DNA of 63,961 nucleotides, counting the filler. It is 5 parts of 5 records of this genome, joined end to end, with 100 filler letters (N's around TTAATTAATTAA, not from the genome) between each part and the next. Parts side by side here need not be neighbours in the genome. Positions count along the whole stretch, not along the records: positions 1 to 31,034 come from SRR2962707_1013; positions 31,135 to 40,088 come from SRR2962707_1020; positions 40,189 to 48,186 come from SRR2962707_1022; 2 more parts are not named here. One strand, given 5' to 3'. A program made the position numbers and the translations under genes. The first letter of the stretch is position 1; every line of letters begins with the position of its first letter. The notes beneath the pieces were generated by a model, which was given only the letters and a program-made list of their open reading frames with translations, searched no databases and was not told where the DNA came from. Below are positions 30,011-42,144 of the stretch, one piece after another.

Positions 30011-30741
30011 CCCAACGTGCCTAGCGCTGGAAAGCGTTCGAGCAGCCAATAGGACATTGATTGCATTCCGCCGGTCAGGAACAAAACGCCTGCGATAATC
30101 AATAAAATGCCCATCGCTTTTTCGACCATGCCCATTTTTGAGCGAAAACGCGCGAGGAACCGCATGAACGCGCCAGAAAAGAGCGCGGCAATCATAAAGG
30201 GTATGCCTAAACCGGCTGAATAGACGGCCAGCAGCGCCGCGCCTTCATATAAGTTCTCCTTACCCCCAGCCAGTGTGAGAATCGGCCCTAGCACCGGTCC
30301 TATGCACGGTGTCCACCCAAACGCGAAGGCTAAGCCCATGACATAAGACATCAGCGGGTTAGTTGGTTTGGATTTAGTTTGGAAACGGGCTTCGCGCGAT
30401 AGAATCGCTAATTTGAATAAACCGAGGAAATTGAGGCCCATGATTATGATGACAATACCGGCCACAATTGCCAGTTCTTGCTGATAGGCGCGTAGCCAGC
30501 CGCCAATGGTGCTTGCGCCTGCCCCAAGCGCCACGAATACCGTCGTAAATCCCAATACAAAGGCGAATGCAGCCAGAATCAGCGGGCGGCGAACGGCCTT
30601 TGTCGTCTCACCACGGAAATCATCAACGGAAACGCCGGCCATATAGCACAAATAAGGGGGAACCAGCGGCAGAACACAGGGCGAAAGAAATGATAAAGCC
30701 CCTGCGCCAAGCGCTGCAGTGTAGGAAATATCGATCGCCAT
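30007..30741 (-). CDS. ccdA: Cytochrome c biogenesis protein CcdA (DsbD beta-like)
   Basis: SFLSPCVLPLVP and FGWTPCIGP Cys-Pro motifs. Confidence 0.93.
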   Translation of the reverse strand: MAIDISYTAALGAGALSFLSPCVLPLVPPYLCYMAGVSVDDFRGETTKAVRRPLILAAFAFVLGFTTVFVALGAGASTIGGWLRAYQQELAIVAGIVIIIMGLNFLGLFKLAILSREARFQTKSKPTNPLMSYVMGLAFAFGWTPCIGPVLGPILTLAGGKENLYEGAALLAVYSAGLGIPFMIAALFSGAFMRFLARFRSKMGMVEKAMGILLIIAGVLFLTGGMQSMSYWLLERFPALGTLG

Positions 30742-30901
30742 GGCTGTTTGTCCTAATTTATTGGGCTGTGGATAAATGCAAAATATGGCCAAAAGCCGCG
30801 TAATATCAGCCTTTTATGCGCAATTTCTCTCGCAATCCAACCCGCATTTTGTCGCAATGAATCTTTTTGTAAATTAATTGAAAACAAACGCAAATTTGCG
30901 G

Positions 30902-30937
30902 TTGACCGCGTGGACATGTGACCCTATGTTCCGCGCC
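30902..30937 (+). promoter_or_regulatory. Sigma70-type promoter for the tRNA
   Basis: TTGACC-N17-TATGTT followed by GC-rich discriminator CCGCGCC, with AT-rich sequence upstream. Confidence 0.65.
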
Positions 30938-30999
30938 GACTGCTAAGTGATTTGTAAGCAAATAAACGCCTATATCCACACACAGTTTGTCCCTTTTGG

Positions 31000-31034
31000 G
31001 AGCGCGTAGCTCAGTTGGTAGAGCAACTGACTTT
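31000..31034 (+). tRNA. tRNA-Lys (probably TTT), 5' half, truncated by contig end
   Basis: GAGCGCG-TA-GCTCAGTTGGTAGAGC-A-ACTGA-CTTT: acceptor strand, D arm and start of anticodon loop. The last anticodon base is lost in the gap. Confidence 0.85.
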
Positions 31035-31134
31035 NNNNNNNNNNNNNNNNNNNNNNNNNNNNNNNNNNNNNNNNNNNNTTAATTAATTAANNNNNNNNNN
31101 NNNNNNNNNNNNNNNNNNNNNNNNNNNNNNNNNN
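31035..31134. other. Artificial contig linker
   Basis: 44 N + TTAATTAATTAA (stops in all six frames) + 44 N. Confidence 0.99.
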
Positions 31135-31158
31135 GCAGCAGCAGCAGCAGCAGCAGCA
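31135..31158 (+). repeat. (GCA)8 microsatellite at contig start
   Basis: gcagcagca... directly after the linker; possibly within the 3' end of a + strand gene (ORF to 31347). Confidence 0.9.
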
Positions 31159-31423
31159 ATGGCGGTGGCGCCGCCGGTGGCAACAGCTGACAACAACAAA
31201 AAAATGGTCACGAATGCCATTCGTGCAATGTTCGTGTTGTCGCGAAAGCTGGGCGTTCGGCCACCCGGTCTCCCATTCTCACAGGCCGCTGCGAACACCT
31301 CGACCAAGGGATCGCCTTCAGCAGACGCTTGGCGGTCTGGCTTTTAGTGTCCAGGAACAACCTCGCTTTTGCGCTCGATGGACAGCGTGCAGCAGAGAGT
31401 GCGCAATCAGCCACATCTTTCCG

Positions 31424-34400
31424 TCAATGGCGCTGTTGCAGGTAGGCTCGGCATCGTGCGGTGAGCCCACCTTCCTGGCTTAGGCGCTGGGATTTGGATT
31501 TGGCGCGCACTCCTGGCTGTGTGCTTTTTTTATTGGGATGAGAGCCAGCACTTTCTGCAGCAGTGCCCCGTTGCTTGCTTGAAGTTGGCGTGGCCGTACA
31601 CTCGTTGCCGCGGTGTTTGATAGGTCGATTAAATTTCCGCGCCTTCCTGGACTTCATTTGCGGGTTAGTTCCACGAGTGGGCCAACCTGGCTTTGAGTTG
31701 GCTTTCACTGGCACCGCAGTCTTGGAAGCAGCAAACGCATCATGCAAAGAAGCAGCCTCGGGTTTGGTGGACGGCGTGCTGTCTTCGGCACGTGTGCGTT
31801 CGCCTGTGTCAGTGGAACGCCTACGCTTCTCCGCATCATCTGCATTGTCTTTGCTTGCAGCAAAGCCGTGTCGTCGATTTTTGCAGCGTGGACGGGATAC
31901 CAACCGTGGAAAAAAGTCAACTATCATTTGTGCAATGCGACTGGCGCAGCCAATGCTAGCGGCTGATGGGCCAAGCACGTCGTAAACAGCCATCGCAAGG
32001 CGAGCTAAAGCCTAGGCGAATGTGTTCAAGGAATTTCTGAGCACAAAGTGGCACGAAAGACACTCATTACAAGCAAAAACGCACAGCCTTTTCAATCAAT
32101 TACTACCTCCAGGAAGTCGGGGTAGTCCAGTCCAGTGGCTTTCTTAGCAGAAGTCAAGAACACGGATGGCATCAAACTGAGAGTGAACGCTGCTTTTACC
32201 TGCCGCAAAGTACATTTCCTCTTCATCAGCACAGCCTACATATTTTTTTTGCCCAATCGAGGCATGCTTAGATTGCGCCAGCAAACCTGCACAGGCGATA
32301 TAATCTGTGGAACCAACTTATCACTTCGTGTGGTGACGAACGTCATCCAGTGTGCGTAACTATCAAACACAGTCCGGACGTAAATCAAACGCCGTTGGGC
32401 GCATAGGTCGAACACTCAAAAATACCGGTCATGAAAGCAGTAGTCGGTACGAACGTCATTGCATATGCAGCTGAGGAACCGGGAGGCAAGTGCGACGCCT
32501 CATTATAAACCACTCGTAGCTCAGATGAACAGAAGTGAAAGAAGTAGTCCGTTTTGGCGGTATATCTAACAGAAGATAGTAAGCACAATCAAAAAGGAAA
32601 CAGCAACCACTTGAAAGCCACAACCGAAACGCTGCCACCACTTACAAGGTGTCGCGTCGAAAATCGTCCGGGTCCTCGATGCGAACACCCGCCGGCAGTG
32701 ACTCCAAACTCATTTTCACCTCAGCGAGGAACAAGTCGAGCCCAGTCTAAGCGAATAATTTCGTGGCACACGGTAAAAGCGACTTGCGCTATTTGTCGCA
32801 CAGTATGGTCGGAGGCTGGCATCGTTGAAACGAACACATACCTCGAGAGTGACACATGCTCCATGCTGCATCGGTAAACATGGGTCGGCCGAGGATCCCA
32901 CAAATTTCGATTTAATCACGGCCTTTGGTGGTCCTCCTTTCACGGAAATTGCATTTGCTGACGTCGAAGGGGGTTGACTTTTCTTTTTGGTGACTGGAGG
33001 GGACGAGTGCCCTTCATCAAAAGTAACTCCGCACACCCAAAGATTGTGATTTTCCGAAGGAACCTGGCCAAAAAAATACAAGCCGTGCAGACAAGATGTT
33101 GTCGCTTTTCGTACCAGTCCACAACCGCCCTGACTCAGAAAACAGATGGTCGGAAAGTGGCGCATACCAGGCTAGGATCGATGTGACATCCAGCAAAGCG
33201 CAAAAGCACAACTCGCAGGATAATTTCGAGCCACTCGAAGCGATTGGTTGCCTGATCATCATTCTCTGCATTGACTTGAGACAAAAGAGAAGTGGCGCTA
33301 CTTCGTCGATTGTGGGCCATGTGCAGCGCTGCTCCAGCCGCGATGTGTTCAGCCTTCACCCACAGAACGGCACGCAGACAGTCAGAGAGCGAGCACAGAA
33401 GCGAGTTCGCATCAAGTAAGTTTGAGAATGCTATCTTGCATAAAACACCATTGCGTTACCTGGACATGCACATCTCCTACAGTGTCATCTACACCGGCTT
33501 CCACTGCACGGCGGGCCTTTTCTTGCAATAGCCTTTCCAATCGTTGGCGCGCGAGAGCCTGCCCGTGAACCAGCAGTTGCGGAGGACCGCTGGGTGCGAG
33601 CAATTCGCGATGCGGGCTGGTTACTCCGTCACGCCGTGTGCTGCGTCGGCGGCGGAGGCTGCCTCGTCGAGGGCTTCTGATTGACTTGCACACAGCCGAA
33701 AGATCGCCATCACCACCCACGCCACCCTTGGCAGCGTCCACGACCGCCTGGTTGTCGATGAACATGATTCCGGAGTCCATGTCTGGTTTCTCGTTGAGGC
33801 ACTCTTCTGTTTCGACGGTGGACGTTGCCTCTTGCTGTTCTATGTTCGCGGTTGCCAGGACCTGGAGCAGAGTATCATCTGAAATTGGGTGGGCTTCAAT
33901 CGCATACAGCCGCCTGAAATTGAGCACGTCATTTTCATTGAGTCGGAAAGTCAGTTCAAAAAGTCTTGCCTACCCAAAGAATTGAACTGACACGTCAAAT
34001 TACGTTCAAACCACTGACGCACATATCCAGCCGAGTCCGCACTCGCAAGAACCGCCGTCCCGTCACGTTGAGCATCTTGAACAGCTTAAGTAGGGCATTG
34101 TGGCCAACGTGGAAGCTGCATTGCGGCATGACAACCCATGCGAGCGAGGGTTAGGGTTAATGACCCTGACCTGACGTTTGTTGCAAATGTCAGGAATCAT
34201 GCACAACATTTACGTACGGGGCATCATCAACATCGCTAAACCATATCGCTGTCATTTGGAATAAGCAGTAAATGAAGCGATAGCGTGGCGTCAAGAACGT
34301 CAACAGAGAATTCTCCAGCGCCTCATACCTCGAGAAGTATCGAGACATGGTGCGTGGTGAAAATGAGTATCTACACGACCAACGCCAGACACCATGGAAA

Positions 34401-37400
34401 CAAAGCCCGTGAACACAATGGTTGCATGACATGACGAGTCACGACTGCTGGCCAAAGTAAAAAAATCACGAACAAGCCGTCTTGTCCCGCGAGAAGGGCG
34501 CTGTCTGCTTTCTGATCCTTGGACGTCTCTTGTGGGGAATCGCTCAATGAGAAACCGCTTTCACTATTGGCACGTTCTTGCTTCTGCTGATGGAATAGTT
34601 GTGCAAAGAACACATCCATCAACAGCATTTGCGATTTGGAAAATTGCACGTCCGCCTGTAGCATCCTCAACAGCCTAATAGTGAAGGCGGTGCCCAAACC
34701 AAAACACATGATTCGAGCATAAAGTGAGCAGAAGGTTGTTTGCTTTAAATTCGACATCGAAAAGCGCAGTAACTCAATGGACGGGATTGTCGCACATTTT
34801 ATTGGTGACAAAAAAATCCCTTGTATCCGAAACCGTGCGGCGGCTCGCAAAGGCACTGCGGGCCAAGGTCCACTTTGACTTAGCACCAGTGTAAAGTTGC
34901 CCTGACACAACAGTTCCAAGCCGCCCTATGGCAGTTTCAGTACCCGTTGCCCCGGTGCGTGATGTCGCCACCGAAACAGTAGTATGTGTGGTGCTCATGC
35001 TCAAGGTACTGCCTGTGCGGCGAAGCAAAACTTTACTTGGACTGCTGGGACCGCCAACAACTGGGTCGGTGCCAAGGGTCCGTGGCAGGGAGGTTTGATC
35101 GACACATTTGAGAGGCTTTTCGGGAGGTCTGCGGCCTGCTCGCAGAACATGCAGCTTGAAAGTACAGCGACATCAAACCGAAGCAATTTTGTTGTCAGGA
35201 CGCAAAAATGAAGTTCAAAAAGCAAAATTGCACGCTAGCAGTGCACCAAAGCAAACGACAACCAGACAACTATTGTCCACACCTCAACTGGCATTGTAAG
35301 GTGCGCAGCAGTTGCTTTTGCACGTGCCACAGTGGTTTTAATGGACGCCACCGCCAGCGATGCACGGCCTAACCCTCGAATCGAGGAAATACGGTGGTGA
35401 TGTTTGGCCCGCTTCATAAAAGCAGCAGCTTTTAACGATTTTGGGGACAATGGCCGGTTGGGTTTGCTTGACACAGCCTGTGCAGCGGAGGCAGCGGATG
35501 TCATGGAGAATGACGACGGAGATCGCTGCGTTTGAGCCACCGAATGCTTCTGGCGTGAGAATTTCACCCCTGGACCTATTTTCTCGCTCACAGATGCACC
35601 CGCTCCCAGCCTGTTTGACATGCTTTGATGGCGGCGTGATGTTCCGCGTGGAGTGCTTCGTGGAGTCCCACGGGGTGTGTGAAAGCTACTTCCGGCTCTA
35701 GCATTACTGCGTCGCGTTCCTCGTGGGTGGTGTTGCGGGCGGCTACTACTTTGAGAGGGCATGTCCGGTACTGCGCTGAGCAGCAAAGCTACTGCGTGTG
35801 CCTAGAAAAAGTCGCCGAAACAACGAAATTATTTCAATAACTCGCACCCAGTCGTGTTGGTGATTGTTACGAACCAGACGTTATATTGCAGAAACAGACG
35901 GACCTGCAGTTGCTGGTTGATGTACTCCATGACTTTGTGGGAAGTGCAGGCACTTTTCCAAGGGACGCGCGAATAACCAACGATATCGTGAAGAATCCAG
36001 AACGGGCCTGTATCAGCAGCCTTGCGATTAGCTGCTTCCTCCTCCGCCTGTTTTTTCTCCGCGGCCTCACGTGCTTCAGCTTCTTGTCGTTGCCGTATCT
36101 TCCGTTGCACAGTGAGATCCGCAAAGAGTCCTTTCGACATCGTACTACTTATTCTACGACGAGGGCGGAAGGACTCGCCAACGGTGTCGGTTTGAAACGA
36201 AGATCTTGGCGTGGATACCGATGTTTCCGTCACTTCTGTACCAGCGTTTGCGTTTGCAGCTGCAGCAGCAACTTTAACGGCATCATCGAGAGTAATCCCT
36301 TCAGAACGATTCAATTTGTGGCTGACGCTACCAAAACTGCTGCGTTTATTGCTTGAAGCGACACCTCCCGCGTTCGAGGCAGGTTCAAGAAACGGTGCTG
36401 AACCGTCGAATACGGAGACAAAGAAATAATGGTCGCCGGGAGGAAGCGTTCGCGTGAGCGTCAGCACAATATCTCTTGGCTTGTCGTGCAGGTGGTGATA
36501 GATATCACGGGCAGGATCATGACGCTGGTCACCAATAGTAACATCAGATTCGGCTCCTTCGTCATCGAATTCACCTCGGGCGGCCAGACGAAGATGCATT
36601 GGAAACCCGCGAAAATAGTCACAGCTTAAATGCAGCGATGCCACTGCAGGTGAATGGGGCATCAACAAGAGGGCGTACACAGGCGCTGTGTGGTGAACCT
36701 GACACAAACACACCGGATTAAACTGGAATTCCATGGCCACAAGATCGCCAAACCAGCCGCCAAACATTTTCACACGCAGCGTACCCGGACTTCAATGGTT
36801 TTTGGGGCCCAACCTCCGCAAACCCAACAGTTAGCTGCAGCAGCATTAATGATTGAAGCGTCATCTGAGGCAACTTCGTGCACTTGACGCGCGTTATCGA
36901 GTGCGTCTGCTTGACTTCTCGCTTCACAGCCATAGCAATGCAACAGCAAGGGCACCACCGGGTTTGTTAGTATCCGATGTTCAAAATCAACAAAGCATAT
37001 CCAGGCCCAAAAACGCGGGAACACCCGAGGCATCTCACCTGGCACATCTCGCGTGAGCTCTTGCACTCTATCGTGGCAAGCAAAATCCGTACTTGAGGGA
37101 ATAGATATGCCCCGGCAAACCAAAGGTCGACCACGATTGACCCATTTCTCTGCTGCACTCGCGGACGTCGGGGATCTGACATCCGAATGCGGGAACTCGG
37201 AGCGCAAATGCCGCCGGATATCGTGCGTGAGCTGAAGGTTCGGAATGTTGCTATGCATCATCAGAAATAACTTGCGTATGGTGTGATATTCGGGTTGACG
37301 TGACACCAGCCATCATTGCAAAGAGCAGTAGAAAGTAAGATATCTGCACTTGCAAACACTTAACCAGCACAGATCACACGAACATGTAGCAGTAAATGCT

Positions 37401-39717
37401 ACACAAAAACCTTTCAGCCAATTAATGACGAACGTCATGGTCCCCAGGGAGTTGCTCCGCGAGAGCGGTAACAGACGCTTCCAATATAGTGTCCGAAGTA
37501 GAGCGGCGGTGACTTCGTGGCTTCTGGCCCGAGCGTGCCACACTCCCAGCGTTGGAAGCCAGCTTCGATGGAGTGTTCGTGTTCGTGTGTTCTGGATTTG
37601 GATTGAGGTGGAGTTTGGTACTATCGCTGTGAGGCTTTGGGGTTAAAAGCGCACCGCAGGTGTCAACGTAGCCGCGAAGGGATGCGTCGAGATGCAGCTA
37701 GACGCACAAAAAAAAAAAAAGATGAAGCCAGCGATTGATCAACTTCCATGGAACTCGTTGAGGTTGACGTATTCGACGACAACGCACACAATGAAACAGA
37801 ACGAGCACATGGAAAACACAAACACCAAAAACAGAAACGTACCCCGAGCAGAGTTGTATTGTTCGTCAGTGCTGCGGCAAGTCGACGCGTGTCACGGTCA
37901 GTGAAAGAATTTTTCGTCAAATCAAGGTGCTGCAAACAATGGTTGCTGGCAAGGCCAGCCAGAAAGCCCTCAAACGCAAATGGGGCTGATGCAAACGCCG
38001 CTCCAAGCCCATTTCCAGCAATGTTTAAGTCAAGCAACTCTGGAAACCTTGCCCCAGCCGTTAAAAGGGGGACAACTGAAACGCCGCATTTGTTAAACCC
38101 TAAATTCAGATCCCAGAGTGCGCGCCACTTGGAGTGCGCATGCCTACGCTTGTGCAGATGGCGGCGGGGTCGATTGTGAGACTTCGAGCTGCTGTGGGGG
38201 GCGCCGGGCGCGGACGGGTGACTTTGCCCCCCGCGGACACCCTCATTTCCGTCACTGTCACTCCCACTTCCGTTGGAAGAGTCGGAAAGTGACTCATCGG
38301 CAACCATAGCTTCGACCAGCGCGTCCAGACCAGTGGCAGTAATATAGTTGTGGCTTAAATTCAATCGCTGCAATTGCCTTGCATAATGCAACCCATCGCA
38401 CAACCCGATCAGACCAATGTCATTCAGGCCAGTTCCTCGCAATGACAGCGTCACAATTTGGCCGAATTTGTGAACGGGTGCACCCAGTACTTGTCGGGAC
38501 AGTGCCAAAACGCCCGACGTGCCAATCGCGTTGCCTCCAAGGTCTAAAACCCGGCACTTTGGGTTCAAATTTTGAAGCAGGAGCTCGCACGCGAGTGAGT
38601 TGATGTTATTGTCGTTCACGTGCAACTCGGAGTATCCTGTACGGCGGAGGCGTGGGAGTAGTTGCCGCACCTCTTTCAAGCCAATTTGTCGGTCGGAAAT
38701 GTCCACAATTGTGGTCATTTTGCTAGACTGTGCGGTGTTGCTCTCGTTCTCACCTGATTCGAAGGTGGCTTTGCTCGAAAAATCTAAACTTGGACTGTCA
38801 GAACTTGTGACTTCAACAACGACACCTTCTTCATCGTCATCATCAGTGTCACCATCCTTTGCTCCAATGCGGCGCCGTCTAACACGGCGCACAAAAGCTG
38901 CATTGTTGGGATCAAAACCGGCAGCACGTGCAGCACCTTTTTGGCCAAAAGTTTCTGATGTATGAGATCTTGGGACATCGCTTCGAATACGTCGAATCCG
39001 TCCCTTTTCTCGAACCTGTCCAGCACGAAAGTGACTACCACGTCGCTGGCGACCAGGCGCGTGCCTCAAGCGCTCCACGAATCCAGCCCCACTTGAATCG
39101 CTAGTGTCGCCAGCATGACCCATTGCAGGAAAAGCGGATATGGCCGGCACAGTCTTGGGGGATGGTGATTTGCTCTTGTTCGTTTCCCGGCCTTGAGCCG
39201 ATGACGGCCGAGTAGGCAGGTTTGGTTGGTTCTGCGGCTGCGAAGGGCGTCGATGAGCAGGCGACGCAGTGATTACTGGCGCAGGTGGCGGAGATCCACA
39301 TCGCCCGTCAGAGGTCGAAGGGCGTTGCCTGTGAAGCTCTTTCTCCACCTGCACGGCGTTTGCCCGCTTCTCTACTTTCGATTTCAACCGCTCATTCTGT
39401 TGTCGCAGGAGCCGAATCTCGTCCAGCGCGGACGAAACAGTCGCTTGCTGCTGACGCCAACGTCGATCGACAGGGGGTTTGGGTGCAGCAGCCGGCCCTT
39501 GAGGCGTTCCCGAGAACGAGCCGATTTGACTTTCGCTGCCTGTCGCTGCCCTGGCCGTAGCAGACCGGTGAGGGAGTGATCCTCTCTTGCTTTCAGAGTG
39601 CTGGCCTGGCGCTCCACTTTCTGGCAGTTGAGACGCCGCGCAGTGGGAGCTCAACGTTGCCAACGTTGCGGACGGGGCAGTGGATCGTCTGTGTGGCGGT
39701 CGCATTTTCATGGTCAT
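31424..39717 (-). CDS. Large multi-exon eukaryotic protein: disordered N-terminus, RNI-like LRRs, CWxCxxW region and C-terminal helical 'RFEWLE/DFLEALARLA' repeats
   Basis: LRRs (LDLGGNAIGTSG, LNLSHNYITATG, LDLTKNSF) lie in exon 39717-37843. Frame-consistent GT-AG splicing joins exons 37697-37434, 37231-37039, 36921-~36791 (NCWVCGGW) and later exons (LHLSCDYF, PPGDHYFF, WTLARSAF, NRFEWLEIILR, LDYPDFLE|ALARLA). Last exon 32011-31424. Some internal exons are not resolved. Confidence 0.75.
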
Positions 39718-40088
39718 CGCTATGAATCAAAGGAAGGTGATTCCGATAGTCTCGCCTCTGTATCTGTGTCTTTTGAGGAATGCAAAAACCGAGCTACAAG
39801 TGCGTGGGCAACCATTGTCGCAGCCCATTCCAGAGCTCACAATGATCCAAGGAGAGCATGGTCGCTGCCGCACTGTGGTGGGCTCTGCTCGCCCTTACGC
39901 GACGATAGAACCCTGTCCGCCTCCTCCGACCTATTCCGCGAAAACAAGCCCGGCCAAAAACTCATCATCAATCTCGAGCATCAACAGTGACTGGTCCACG
40001 CGTGTGTGCTTTGGGACATGCACACATACACCCTTTGCGACCTTTGCGTTAGCTGTGCTTGTGCGAGTGTATGTATGACATACATACA

Positions 40089-40188
40089 NNNNNNNNNNNN
40101 NNNNNNNNNNNNNNNNNNNNNNNNNNNNNNNNTTAATTAATTAANNNNNNNNNNNNNNNNNNNNNNNNNNNNNNNNNNNNNNNNNNNN
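40089..40188. other. Artificial contig linker
   Basis: 44 N + TTAATTAATTAA + 44 N. Confidence 0.99.
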
Positions 40189-40485
40189 GGCACGCAGCGC
40201 TATCTGGTCGACAACAACGTCCCGGCCACCAAGATCAACAAGGTGCTCGAAGGCCGTCCGCACATTGTCGACAGCATGAAGAATGGCGGCGTGCAACTGG
40301 TCATCAACACCACCGATGGTCTCAAATCGATCTCCGACAGCCGCGACATCCGCCGCACCGCGCTCCTGTCCAGGATCCCCTATTACACCACTATCGACGG
40401 CGCCCTCGCGGCCGTCGAAGGGATCATCGCCCTCAAACAGGGCAGCCTCCAGGTCCGCGCCCTGCAGGACTATTTCGCGGCTTAG
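40189..40485 (+). CDS. carB: Carbamoyl-phosphate synthase large subunit, C-terminal MGS domain (5' truncated)
   Basis: GTQRYL...INKVLEGRPHIVD...LVINTT...DSRDIRRTAL...IPYYTT...VRALQDYF. Confidence 0.95.
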   Translation, partial: GTQRYLVDNNVPATKINKVLEGRPHIVDSMKNGGVQLVINTTDGLKSISDSRDIRRTALLSRIPYYTTIDGALAAVEGIIALKQGSLQVRALQDYFAA

Positions 40486-40503
40486 GACCGATCCTCGACC
40501 AGT

Positions 40504-40572
40504 CTCCTCCCCCTTCTTCAGGGGGAGGTAGCGCCGCTGGGCCCAAAGGGCCGTAGCAAAGCTTGGAGGGGG
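40504..40572. repeat. Alphaproteobacterial REP-like intergenic palindromic element
   Basis: CCTCCCCC-ttcttca-GGGGGAGG hairpin, then GGCCC-aaa-GGGCC and GGAGGGGG; resembles GC-rich intergenic repeats of Rhizobiales/Caulobacterales. Confidence 0.6.
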
Positions 40573-40580
40573 CGCGCAAT

Positions 40581-41183
40581 CTATCGATGCGGGTTGCGTT
40601 CGTCTGATCCCAGCCCCCGCAACCACCCTTGCAAGCGCCGCCCCTCGCGCACCAGCAGGACCGGATCGCCCATGCTATGTGCCAGGATCGACGCTCCCTG
40701 CAGCGAAGACTGAAGTTGCAGCGCCAGATCCGAGGCGTCCTTGCTCCGCCCCATCTCCGCAAACTGCCTTTCCATCCAGACCATCGGCCCGCCCAATAGC
40801 CCCTTGGCTGGCGAAGTCCAGTCACCACCATCCTTGCTGAGTTCGGCGCTCAGCGACCCCAGCGGGCATCCTAGCTCCGCCACCAGCGAAGCATTGCCAA
40901 TCGAATTCTCGACGAAGGCCAGCAACCGTTCCAGCGGCGTCGGCAGGCCCGCCAGCATCTGTTCCATGGTCGCAACTTCATCCAGGCGCTGCTCCAGTAC
41001 CGCCCGGCCGATATCGTCCTTGCTCTTGAAGTAGTAGTAGATATTGCCCAGCGGCACTGCCGAAGCCTCGGCCAGATTTGCAAGTGTCGTGTTGCGATAG
41101 CCCCGGCGATGGGCCAGGTCCGCCGCCGCCTGGGTCAGCCGCTCGCGCTTGCCGCGAGAAGCCGGTTTGCCTGTGTCAGCCAA
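40581..41183 (-). CDS. TetR/AcrR family regulator (LmrA/YxaF-like)
   Basis: RRGYRNTTLANLAEASAVPLGNIYYYFKSKDD HTH and GCPLG motif. Confidence 0.93.
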   Translation of the reverse strand: MADTGKPASRGKRERLTQAAADLAHRRGYRNTTLANLAEASAVPLGNIYYYFKSKDDIGRAVLEQRLDEVATMEQMLAGLPTPLERLLAFVENSIGNASLVAELGCPLGSLSAELSKDGGDWTSPAKGLLGGPMVWMERQFAEMGRSKDASDLALQLQSSLQGASILAHSMGDPVLLVREGRRLQGWLRGLGSDERNPHR

Positions 41184-41192
41184 GGACCGCTC

Positions 41193-42008
41193 CTAACCCA
41201 CAAAAGTCGTACTCTGCCGCATCATATTCGCGGTCATCGCCCGCACCAAGCTGTGCGGCATCAAGGCGTTCATTATCCGGTACAGCCGTCCCGGCATGAC
41301 GATCATTTTGCCGCGTTTCACACCTTCCAGTGCTTCGGCCACACACTTGGCCACCGGCATCGGCTTGAGCGGCATGGGCGATGCGTCCAGCCCCATCTTC
41401 TTGATCAACGGCGTCTCGGTTGGGGTTACGATCAGCGTGGTGATCCCAACCCCGCGCGCCTTGAACTCTGCATGCAGGCTCCTCCCCAGCGCATTGACCA
41501 ACCCCTTGGCCGCCGCCGGATTAGCGTGAAAGGGTATGCCGCTATCCGCCCCCAATGCCGAAACCAGCAACGTCGCGCCCCGTTTCTGTGCGGCAAAGCG
41601 CCGGCTGAAGTGGTGTGTGAGCAGCATATAGGATACGCCGTTGAGTTGTGTCTGGCGCAACAATTGCTCGCGCTCGAAGGCCAGGAACGCGCCCGGCTGT
41701 CCTGTGCCCGCACTCGAAATGAACAGGCCCAGTTCCAGGTCCTGCGTCTGCTCCATTACCTTGAGTTCCTCGCCCGGCACGCTCAGGTCCGCCGCGATGA
41801 CCCGATAATCGATACCATGGCGGCGCCTGAGATCCTGCCCGGTTTCCTCCAGCGCCTCCGCCCGCCGCGACACCAGAACCAGATTGATCCCCGAGGCCGC
41901 AATCTGACGGGCAAATTCATGCCCGATCCCCGAACTGGCTCCCGTCACCACCGCCCAGGGCCCAAACCGCTTCGTATCGAGCCGTGCCAACCATCTCTCA
42001 TTCCGCAT
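41193..42008 (-). CDS. SDR family oxidoreductase with atypical active site
   Basis: GPWAVVTGASSGIG, LVLVSRR and SAG motifs; the YxxxK position reads PAAAK. Confidence 0.88.
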   Translation of the reverse strand: MRNERWLARLDTKRFGPWAVVTGASSGIGHEFARQIAASGINLVLVSRRAEALEETGQDLRRRHGIDYRVIAADLSVPGEELKVMEQTQDLELGLFISSAGTGQPGAFLAFEREQLLRQTQLNGVSYMLLTHHFSRRFAAQKRGATLLVSALGADSGIPFHANPAAAKGLVNALGRSLHAEFKARGVGITTLIVTPTETPLIKKMGLDASPMPLKPMPVAKCVAEALEGVKRGKMIVMPGRLYRIMNALMPHSLVRAMTANMMRQSTTFVG

Positions 42009-42029
42009 TCAATCTACTCCCAAAAAGAT

Positions 42030-42069
42030 TTAGTCAGTCAACTAACTCATTTCTGAAGAGCACTGTCAA
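42030..42069 (-). promoter_or_regulatory. Promoter with TetR-type palindromic operator upstream of SDR-tetR
   Basis: TTGACA on - at 42069-42064. TTAGT-N6-ACTAA palindrome at 42030-42045 overlaps the expected -10. Confidence 0.6.
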
Positions 42070-42144
42070 CCCTCTTCCCTCTCCGCTCATCTGCCGTTCA
42101 GACTGGTCCTGCTACCAAGCCGCATCACAACTGAGGGGGACACC

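Noticed and set aside
31159-31347. Possible 3' end of a + strand eukaryotic gene
   Set aside because: Frame is ambiguous within the GCA repeat and no motif supports a product call.
34147-34175. Telomere-like AGGGTTAGGGTTA next to TGACCCTGACC
   Set aside because: Only two units. On the - strand it lies in an intron and includes CTAAC, a plausible branch point.
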